A stretch of DNA of 20,496 nucleotides from NCBI GenBank assembly GCA_038204505.1, contig JBBRCV010000084.1:1-20496 (forward strand). Direction: 5' to 3'. Both the position numbers and the translations under genes were made by a program. The stretch's first letter is position 1. Every line of letters begins with the position of its first letter. Below are positions 8,176 through 14,891 of this stretch, piece after piece. The DNA comes from Elainellales cyanobacterium (GTDB lineage: Bacteria; Cyanobacteriota; Cyanobacteriia; Elainellales; Elainellaceae). Under the pieces are notes generated by a model. That model searched no databases. It saw only the letters and a list, made by a program, of their open reading frames with translations, and was not told the origin of the DNA.

Positions 8176-8316
8176 GTCTTGCTTGTAATCTTTGTGTAGG
8201 TCGATTTTGTTGATAGCGATGCTGTACAACAACCTTATTGGAGCAGACTCACGAGATCTACATTATACGAGCCGCTTAATAAGAACGTTAGCTCTCTCTA
8301 AAGCTGACTGTCATAG

Positions 8317-8357
8317 GAGATGGGCAAAAATGAGAGCACTCAGAGTCTGCCCATCTC
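8317..8357. repeat. 10-bp perfect inverted repeat GAGATGGGCA...TGCCCATCTC with 21-nt spacer, between convergent genes
   Basis: Seen directly. Lies 50-90 nt past the flotillin stop on the minus strand. No U-tract on either strand. Immediately preceded by ACTGTCATA, which also occurs at 7067-7075. Confidence 0.5.
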
Positions 8358-8407
8358 AGGAATTTAGCAAGCTTTATCTAGGCTTCTGAAACGATGGGTT
8401 ACTCAGC

Positions 8408-10549
8408 CTATGTACCGACCTTTTCATCTGGCTTGGCAGATCCGTTGACGATCGGATCAAGGGGCAGCAGCGCCGGCTCAACCCATTGAGAAGACTGCTC
8501 AGGTGGAGTGGGCTGATTGGGATCAAAAGGCTTTTTGCCCGTTTGATTCCAGAGAATCATGGAGAGTAAGCCATCAACTAAGCCGTTGCCATTGCCGTTG
8601 TTACCGACCAAAACATCGGGGATCAGGCGAACGTGGCGATCGCCAATAATTTGCATCAACTGCATTGCTGTGTAGCTCTGCCCACCCAAGGCATCCACCC
8701 CAGCTTGATAGGTTTCTGCTTTAGCGTTTCCGGTTGCCCGAATCGCCTCAGCTTCCCCAGTTGCCTTCAGTCTGATCGATTCGGCTTCCCCAGTGGCTTG
8801 CTTAATCTGAGCATTGGCTTTGAGTTCGGCAATGGTGACACTTTGTTCAGATTGCACTAACTCTTGCTGAATATCTGCTAGCGCGGTTTCACGAACCAAC
8901 TGCTGACGCTGAGTTTGTGACAGTTGTTGAACTTCGTAGGTCTTGCGCTTTTCTTCGGCAAGTTTGCGCTCGGTCTGGGTTTGCATCAGCTCAGCAGGAG
9001 GTTGGATGCCGCCGATGAGGGTATCGATCGCCTGGACATCGTAAGTACGCAGAGCCGTTCTGATGTATCCTGACGCTTCCGCTTGCCGTTCGCTACGAGC
9101 ATTGAGAAAATCTAGCACCGTATAGTCTTGGGCTGAATTGCGGAAGTAGTTGCCAATACTGGGTTCTAAGACGTTATCCACCAGGTTTTGCATAGAGCCG
9201 ACGCGAGAAATCACCTTGGGCGCATCCAAAGCCCCCACATGAATAATTTGCGAGACTTCCAGGGCAAAGGCAAACCCGTCGTTAGAACGAACCGTTAGGG
9301 CTTCTAAATTGTCATCGTAGTGATGGCGCTCGGTTCGGTCTGCCCAGTTCAGCACAATATTGATGGTGGGCACAAGTTCCACTTTCATGACGCGGGTATT
9401 GATGGGGTGCTTGCCAGGATAAAGCGGTTCTACCCAAACTCCCTTATGCCCCACCCGGACTAAGTTGCCGTGGGTAAATGCGGCACCGCTAACATCATCG
9501 GGAGCATCGCCCACAAAGGACACGACAACTCCCACGTAGCCAATCGGAATTTCGGTCATGGGTACTTGCTCAACTCGGACAAACCAGGGGTTAAGGTTCC
9601 AAGAGCCAGACAGCAGAATTTGTTGCTGTAAGCCGCGTCGTCCGCCCTGTTGAATGAACTTCTGCCCGTTTTGAAAGTTATCGTGATCGGGGACGGTGGC
9701 TCCGGCAAGTTCTCCCGATTCAATCGGCATCCCATCTAGGGTAGAGACAATGCCCACTTTGTCGGGCTGCATAGAATAGACACGAAGCTGCTCTGGCTGC
9801 ATTCCTTGTTTTGCAGCATTTTCAGCCGTAACAACTTTGAATAATGCCGTGTTAAGGCGGTAAGTCCCAGCGGTTAGGAAGCCAAGCTGACGACCCTTCT
9901 CACCGCCATTCGTGAGGAACTTGCGTGCATCTTGGAAGTTATCGCAAGGGACGACTTTGCCCAAAAGTCTTTCTAGAGGAATGGAGGTGCCGTCGTTGGC
10001 AACGAGAAGCGCCACTTCGCCTTGGGGAATGACAAGGAGTGACTCTTTGCGAACGCTGAACTGCCAGGGCCAATAGCCCCAATGCCAGCCCGGAGCGAGA
10101 GTATCGGCTTGGTAGCCCGCTTCGCCTTCGAGGGCAATCAACCGACCAGGGGGCAGGCGGCGACCAGAGAAGGAGACTTTTTTCACCACAATGCCGACTT
10201 CGCGTTCGCTGACAATGACCAATCCACCGCAGGCTAGCGCGATGAAGATGCCACCTGCGATCGCCACTGGTAAAACCGCCCAGCCCAAGGGAAATCTGCC
10301 CAGTTGCGCCAGTTGAACCTGAGCCACTGGAACCGGAGCAACAGGCAATTTAATAACTTGGGCTGCCACAGAGGGGGGTGTTACAGAGGAGGCTGTTACA
10401 GAAATTTCAGGCAGCGGCGATGCCAGAGCGCGTTGGGGTGTGACACTTGAGGCGATCGCGCTGGAGGCGAGGAGGGCTGTAGCGAGGCGAATGAAGTGAC
10501 GAGATTTGCGAGATTTAGAGCGCATGGAAGAATTTGAAGCGATTTCCAT
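8408..10549 (-). CDS. flotillin-like SPFH/band-7 protein with an unusual signal-like, Ser/Thr/Pro/Ala-rich N-terminal extension
   Basis: The SPFH core and long C-terminal Ala/Glu/Gln-rich coiled coil (ATGEAESIRLKATGEAEAIRATGNAKAETYQAGVDALGG) are typical of FloT/YqiK flotillins. Residues about 32-75 are MEIASNSSMRSKSRKSRHFIRLATALLASSAIASS followed by an S/T/P/A/V-rich linker. A TM segment (FPLGWAVLPVAIAGGIFIALACGGLVIV) comes just before the SPFH domain. The six-frame ORF extends to 10642 but begins with TTG. ATG at 10549 (MEIAS) or ATG at 10525 (MRSKSRK) is more plausible. The end at 8408 is firm. Confidence 0.8.
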   Translation of the reverse strand: MEIASNSSMRSKSRKSRHFIRLATALLASSAIASSVTPQRALASPLPEISVTASSVTPPSVAAQVIKLPVAPVPVAQVQLAQLGRFPLGWAVLPVAIAGGIFIALACGGLVIVSEREVGIVVKKVSFSGRRLPPGRLIALEGEAGYQADTLAPGWHWGYWPWQFSVRKESLLVIPQGEVALLVANDGTSIPLERLLGKVVPCDNFQDARKFLTNGGEKGRQLGFLTAGTYRLNTALFKVVTAENAAKQGMQPEQLRVYSMQPDKVGIVSTLDGMPIESGELAGATVPDHDNFQNGQKFIQQGGRRGLQQQILLSGSWNLNPWFVRVEQVPMTEIPIGYVGVVVSFVGDAPDDVSGAAFTHGNLVRVGHKGVWVEPLYPGKHPINTRVMKVELVPTINIVLNWADRTERHHYDDNLEALTVRSNDGFAFALEVSQIIHVGALDAPKVISRVGSMQNLVDNVLEPSIGNYFRNSAQDYTVLDFLNARSERQAEASGYIRTALRTYDVQAIDTLIGGIQPPAELMQTQTERKLAEEKRKTYEVQQLSQTQRQQLVRETALADIQQELVQSEQSVTIAELKANAQIKQATGEAESIRLKATGEAEAIRATGNAKAETYQAGVDALGGQSYTAMQLMQIIGDRHVRLIPDVLVGNNGNGNGLVDGLLSMILWNQTGKKPFDPNQPTPPEQSSQWVEPALLPLDPIVNGSAKPDEKVGT

Positions 10550-10623
10550 ATCGATGATTCGGTTCACCCGAGGGGTATGTGACGAATACAACCTAGCACT
10601 TCTGTCTAGCTCTGGTAAATTTC

Positions 10624-12336
10624 TTAATTTTTGAGTAAACAATCTGCTTTAAGAACAATTAACTGCGGCGTTTTTAGGACTCGGCACTTCCGAGTTAGTT
10701 TTGACAATGCTGGGATTTTCCCCGCCTCTAACTTCGTTAAAGCTTCTGTAAATGCAGGTTGAAAGCTTCTTAGCCAGCTTTTAGGCTCGGTGGTCAAATA
10801 TTCTGGTCTGAATGTATCGCGGTGTAGTACCCAGAAATCGATGCCATATTTTTGAATAAATTGCTGAGTTTTACCTAAATCCTCGCTGTACTGCGCCTCG
10901 ATTAAATCAATAGTGCGCTGACGAATTTGGTTGTAGTAGCCCAGATGGAAGGGCAGGGCGTACTCTCTGCCGACGAGGAGCGATCGCTTTGCAAACGTTG
11001 GAATATTACTCGCTTCGTCTGCCAAAGTTGCAATCAAACTATCTTTGGGCTGCTGCTGAAAAAACTCGTACAGCGCAGTCTCTCCAGACACGATGTAGCC
11101 TGCTCTGGGAAAATGTCGGAAGAACGCTGGATAGAATACTACTGCGATGGTTAATCCAGCCGTTAACGATAGGATTGCGAATCTTTTGAAAGGGCGATCG
11201 CCCATCTGCTCACAGGCACGCAACGTCATATCTAGCAGGAGAATGAGAGTGATACCAGCGGCAAGGGCGATCGCAATTCTCCAGGTATGTCCGGTGTAGC
11301 GCGTCGGGAAAAAAAGTTTAAGAATAACTGCATGGGCAGCAAAGTACAGACCCAAAGCCACCGCCGCCATCTGAGGCAAAATCTTAATATCTGGACTCAC
11401 CTGCGCTGCCAACGGAAATCGAGTCGGTTTTTTCAGCAGCAGTGGTAACAGAAAACCTGTCCACACCAAAGGCGGCACAAACCGGGGCAGGATGCCGCTA
11501 TTAGAACCAACCAGCCAGAATTTCCAAGGATTAGGATCATAAAACGGATGCCTGCCGCCTGTCCAGAGTTCGGGCATGGTGCGGGCTTGAGCGGCGGTAA
11601 CGGTGGGACCAAATTCGGCAGAGGCAATGATGTAGGGCAGCATGGCGAGGAATCCTAGCCCCGTGATGATGGCAAATGTAATGAGCGATCGCTTCGTAAA
11701 ACTAGGCAGCCAACCTTTCCAATGGGCGAGGCGAACGAAGAGAATGCCCAGGGAAATGAATATGAGGAGCGGATAAAAGAGGGCTTGTAGGATGATAACG
11801 AAGGTGAGCGATCGCCAAGACCCGCGCAGCAAGTAATACAAAAACGCCAGCAGTAGAGGCGTAGCAAACGAGCGAGGAGCTGCCGCCGCCAAATCTTCCC
11901 GCAGCCATAGCCCTTGATTGAGCAACTGCATCGCCACAAACCCAGCCGCCGGAATTGGGAAAAGCTGGAGGCTGACTTTAAATCCATAAAACGTTAGGAG
12001 TAAACCTAGGGCGATCGGCAAAAGTTTACTAAACGTCAGCGGCTCTACTCCCAAATGCGCCATCAGTTGATAGACAGCCGCATATCCCAATGGCGCAATG
12101 GACTTGAAATAATCTGCGATCAAATCATTAGGAAACAATGCCGGATCAACAAACCGCTGCATCCAAAACACATACTCGCGCGCGTCATCCTGCACCACGA
12201 AAGCAGACTGAAAGGCTTGCCGCATTCCCAAAATGGCGTAGTAGGCGGAAAAGATGAGGCTTAAGCCTAACCAAAATCGTTCTAGTGCTTTGGTGCCGGA
12301 AGCGGTGACAAACTGGCGCAAACGGGAGAAGAGCAT
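10624..12336 (-). CDS. polytopic membrane protein, putative GT-C-fold glycosyltransferase (ArnT/PMT-like architecture)
   Basis: 570 aa. About 11-13 hydrophobic helices in the first 420 residues, then a roughly 150-aa soluble C-terminal domain. The first extracytoplasmic loop after TM1 carries an acidic DDAREY motif placed like the DE/DxD motif of GT-C enzymes (ArnT DEARY, PMT DE). ATG at 12336. The stop lies 74 bp upstream of the flotillin ATG, or overlaps it if the TTG start is used. Confidence 0.6.
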   Translation of the reverse strand: MLFSRLRQFVTASGTKALERFWLGLSLIFSAYYAILGMRQAFQSAFVVQDDAREYVFWMQRFVDPALFPNDLIADYFKSIAPLGYAAVYQLMAHLGVEPLTFSKLLPIALGLLLTFYGFKVSLQLFPIPAAGFVAMQLLNQGLWLREDLAAAAPRSFATPLLLAFLYYLLRGSWRSLTFVIILQALFYPLLIFISLGILFVRLAHWKGWLPSFTKRSLITFAIITGLGFLAMLPYIIASAEFGPTVTAAQARTMPELWTGGRHPFYDPNPWKFWLVGSNSGILPRFVPPLVWTGFLLPLLLKKPTRFPLAAQVSPDIKILPQMAAVALGLYFAAHAVILKLFFPTRYTGHTWRIAIALAAGITLILLLDMTLRACEQMGDRPFKRFAILSLTAGLTIAVVFYPAFFRHFPRAGYIVSGETALYEFFQQQPKDSLIATLADEASNIPTFAKRSLLVGREYALPFHLGYYNQIRQRTIDLIEAQYSEDLGKTQQFIQKYGIDFWVLHRDTFRPEYLTTEPKSWLRSFQPAFTEALTKLEAGKIPALSKLTRKCRVLKTPQLIVLKADCLLKN

Positions 12337-12417
12337 GGGCGATCGGAAGAGTGCCTTCTTAGTTTATAGGGTGAGGGATTCATTCAAAGACTGGAGACAG
12401 GAACGACTTCGCCAAGG

Positions 12418-12630
12418 TTAGGAATTATAACGACTGGCTCTTTCTGCGGCTCTGTGTTGGGGTTTTGTGTTGGCGATCGCTGCAATTTTCTCCCAATCTG
12501 CCTGCTCTAAAACCGCATCAAGCACGTCCGAAAGGTTGCAGTTCTGTTCGTAGGCAAGCTGTCTCAACATTTCGTGATGCTCAGGCTGAATATAAACGAC
12601 CTTCCTCTGAGTTTGTGCCATATATGCCAT
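12418..12630 (-). CDS. ribbon-helix-helix (CopG/Arc/MetJ-type) DNA-binding protein, candidate regulator of the adjacent R-M genes
   Basis: About 70 aa from ATG at 12630 (the ORF track extends to a TTG at 12669). RKVVYIQPEHHEMLRQLAYEQNCNLSDVLDAVLEQA is a beta-strand followed by two helices, typical of RHH proteins. No toxin gene lies downstream, so it is not a classical RHH antitoxin. Divergent from the methyltransferase, with a palindromic operator array between them. Confidence 0.6.
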   Translation of the reverse strand: MAYMAQTQRKVVYIQPEHHEMLRQLAYEQNCNLSDVLDAVLEQADWEKIAAIANTKPQHRAAERASRYNS

Positions 12631-12675
12631 ATATACTGTGCCTTTATCTTCCTCGTCATCATAGTTCAAAAATCC

Positions 12676-12716
12676 AATTAGCTATGTTGACAATTAGCTA
12701 ATTAGCTAGTTAAACT
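12676..12716 (+). promoter_or_regulatory. operator/promoter region: three copies of palindromic TTAGCTA(A) (12678-12684, 12694-12701, 12703-12709; the last two form the perfect 14-bp palindrome TAGCTAATTAGCTA at 12695-12708) interleaved with a consensus -35 TTGACA (12687-12692) and -10-like TAAACT (12711-12716) facing the methyltransferase
   Basis: All elements read directly. The operator overlaps the spacer of a TTGACA-18 nt-TAAACT promoter on the plus strand. On the minus strand it overlaps the -35 region of a TATGAT -10 box upstream of the RHH gene. Confidence 0.55.
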
Positions 12717-12860
12717 CTCACTATGTTAAAACGCAAGTACTGTTAGAGTTCGCAGCTTGAGAATTATGGTAAAACCTTATCTCAAGCCTCTAGAGTGAGC
12801 GGCGTTTCTAGAATCAAGTTGCCGCGATGGTTTTCTAATTCATAATTGCTACGTTTTCTT

Positions 12861-13913
12861 ATGAACCAAAGTGTTATTTCCCTATTTTCAGGTTGCGGCG
12901 GACTCGACCTAGGATTCCTGAAGGCGGGTTTTCCTATTACTTGGGCCAATGAGTACGACAAGGATATTTGGGCGACTTATGAAGCCAATCATCTCGACAC
13001 ATTTTTAGACCGCAGAGACATTCGGAAAATTAAGTCAGAAGAAATTCCCGATTGTATTGGTATTATTGGCGGTCCCCCTTGCCAAAGCTGGAGCGAAGCT
13101 GGTTCTCAGCGAGGCATAGAAGATGATCGAGGCAGATTATTTCTAGAATATGTTCGGATTTTAAAAGACAAACAGCCTTGCTTCTTTCTGGCTGAAAATG
13201 TGTCTGGAATGTTGCATGAGAAACATAGGCGAGCTATTCAAAATATTGTTTCGGCGTTTGAAGAAGCGGGTTATACAGTTTCATTTAAACTACTCAATGC
13301 AATGAACCACAATGTTTCCCAGGAAAGGAAACGAGTTATCTTTGTGGGTTACCGTGTCGATCTCAATAAACAGTTTGATTTCAACAGGGTTAATGTATCG
13401 CCTAAAATTCCCACTCTTAAAACCGCCATCTGGGACTTACAGGAGACCGCAATTCCTGCCTTAGCAACTAACAAAACAAATGCCGAAGCCTGTCTCTTCC
13501 CTAACCATGAGTATATGATTGGGGGCTTCTCCAGCATGTATATGTCTCGCAATCGGGTGCGATCGTGGGATGAGCCTTCATTCACGATTCAAGCAGGCGG
13601 CAGACATGCCCCATTGCATCCTCAAGCCAACAAGATGTTATTTGTGGAGAAAGACAAGTTTGCTTTCGATGAGCGATCGCTCTATCCATATCGCAGACTT
13701 TCTGTCCGAGAATGCGCCAGGATTCAAACTTTCCCCGATAATTTTATTTTTCACTATCGAGATCTTAGTGCAGCTTACAAAATGATTGGTAACGCTGTCC
13801 CTGCCAATTTGGGCTTTGCACTGGCTCAGGCAATTTATCAAGATCTATTCTCTAGCTCTGAAGCATCTCCGACCCTTACCCCACAGAAGCAACTGAGTCT
13901 TCAGATTGCGTAG
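12861..13913 (+). CDS. DNA (cytosine-5)-methyltransferase, M.HaeIII-like (predicted GGCC specificity)
   Basis: Conserved C5-MTase motifs: [67 protein letters not shown] and YKMIGNAVP. Block for block it matches my recollection of the M.HaeIII primary sequence ([35 protein letters not shown]). That is recollection, not a database search. The true start is probably ATG at 12861 (MNQSVISLF). The track start at 12846 is TTG. GGCC is about 25-fold depleted in the window. Confidence 0.9.
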   Translation: MNQSVISLFSGCGGLDLGFLKAGFPITWANEYDKDIWATYEANHLDTFLDRRDIRKIKSEEIPDCIGIIGGPPCQSWSEAGSQRGIEDDRGRLFLEYVRILKDKQPCFFLAENVSGMLHEKHRRAIQNIVSAFEEAGYTVSFKLLNAMNHNVSQERKRVIFVGYRVDLNKQFDFNRVNVSPKIPTLKTAIWDLQETAIPALATNKTNAEACLFPNHEYMIGGFSSMYMSRNRVRSWDEPSFTIQAGGRHAPLHPQANKMLFVEKDKFAFDERSLYPYRRLSVRECARIQTFPDNFIFHYRDLSAAYKMIGNAVPANLGFALAQAIYQDLFSSSEASPTLTPQKQLSLQIA

Positions 13914-13929
13914 CCTCCCATCTCAAGCG

Positions 13930-14718
13930 TTACTTTTTCTTTTCAATCATTAAGAAATATACTGTCCTGCGCTCAGACTCAGGAAAATTCTCGCGCCATC
14001 TTCGTTTGGTTTCCTTATGGGGTTTTGGTTGTCCAACAACATCCTTAAAAACCCAAGGCACATTCTCAACCTTGCGCGATATACTCCCTGCCCGAGTATG
14101 TTCAGAGTCACTTTCTTGCCCAACCCATTGCCTTCTAATTGCGACCTCAAGCTTAAATTTATATTGTTCAAAGTATTCATCGAAAGACCAGAGTAAAAGC
14201 TCATCTGCACTGTTGATTTTTTTGGGTGCTTCCAAAATAAATTCTGCGGGATGGGTTGAAGCTCCAAGATTCGGGCTTCCCTTCAGCATGAGAAACTGCA
14301 TCAGCGTCCTAAAATCTGGTTCTGAGAATAGGTTTTTCCAAGGTTGGTTTCTTTTAAGGAGTATCCCTTGATGAAACTTGTTAACTTCTCTATCAATGTT
14401 GGAGATGATCAGTTCAGGGTGAGTTAACCCCAAATCTGTGTACACCTCTAATAGGTTGGCTCTTTGCAAGCGATTAAAGGCAAAACTCCCGCCCGATTGT
14501 TTGATCGAAAGACCTCTACCGTTCAAGTAAATATCAGCTTTCTTACTGGCATGGGAAGTCGAAATCTGGGAGAGATCTTCTACCGAGTGAAGAGAGGTAT
14601 AGCGATCGCATCCCAAAATAGGAGCCGATATCTCCTCAACTAGCCCAATATGGTTCAACCGAACCTTGCCCAGGTTCAAAATTAAAAACTTACAAACCTC
14701 TAGCTCATTCCCTGCCAT
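13930..14718 (-). CDS. putative type II restriction endonuclease, cognate of the HaeIII-like methyltransferase (function inferred from position)
   Basis: 262 aa. ATG at 14718. Convergent with the MTase, with 16 bp between the stops. No transporter, enzyme or HTH motifs recognised. Candidate PD-(D/E)xK-like region KKADIYLNGRGLSIK. Basic C-terminus. Type II endonucleases diverge too fast to identify from sequence alone. Confidence 0.45.
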   Translation of the reverse strand: MAGNELEVCKFLILNLGKVRLNHIGLVEEISAPILGCDRYTSLHSVEDLSQISTSHASKKADIYLNGRGLSIKQSGGSFAFNRLQRANLLEVYTDLGLTHPELIISNIDREVNKFHQGILLKRNQPWKNLFSEPDFRTLMQFLMLKGSPNLGASTHPAEFILEAPKKINSADELLLWSFDEYFEQYKFKLEVAIRRQWVGQESDSEHTRAGSISRKVENVPWVFKDVVGQPKPHKETKRRWRENFPESERRTVYFLMIEKKK

Positions 14719-14891
14719 ATCCCTAATCCTGCTGCTAACCGTTTTATGTACATTGTCTAAAGTCTTAAAAATTTTCGATGAGAGTTCATATTACTCACTC
14801 CCACCGAAAACCTTCTGAGAACTGTTGAAGCTAAACGCTTAGAATGGTTTATGACCAATCTCGTCAGCAAATTTAATGAGGAGCGTTTTCC

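Noticed and set aside
8192-8389. 65-aa ORF in the convergent intergenic region
   Set aside because: It spans the inverted-repeat element, has no ribosome-binding site and is probably not coding. A kinase remnant was specifically looked for here and not found.
10927-12264. Several Cys/Arg/Leu-rich ORFs (10927-11189, 11433-11987, 12055-12264)
   Set aside because: Alternative-frame or antisense readings of the 570-aa membrane-protein gene. The composition is typical of spurious ORFs.
13349-14371. ORFs 13349-13585, 13519-13785, 13638-13841, 13950-14267 and 14006-14371
   Set aside because: They are nested in or antisense to the methyltransferase and putative endonuclease genes. I considered whether one could be a Vsr-type very-short-patch repair endonuclease, which often accompanies C5 methyltransferases. 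None has Vsr-like length or motifs.
14719-14891. Sigma-70-type promoter for leuS (TTGAAG ... TAGAAT)
   Set aside because: A good -10-like TAGAAT (14840-14845) exists, but the only -35-like hexamer is 9 nt away, so I could not support a full promoter call.
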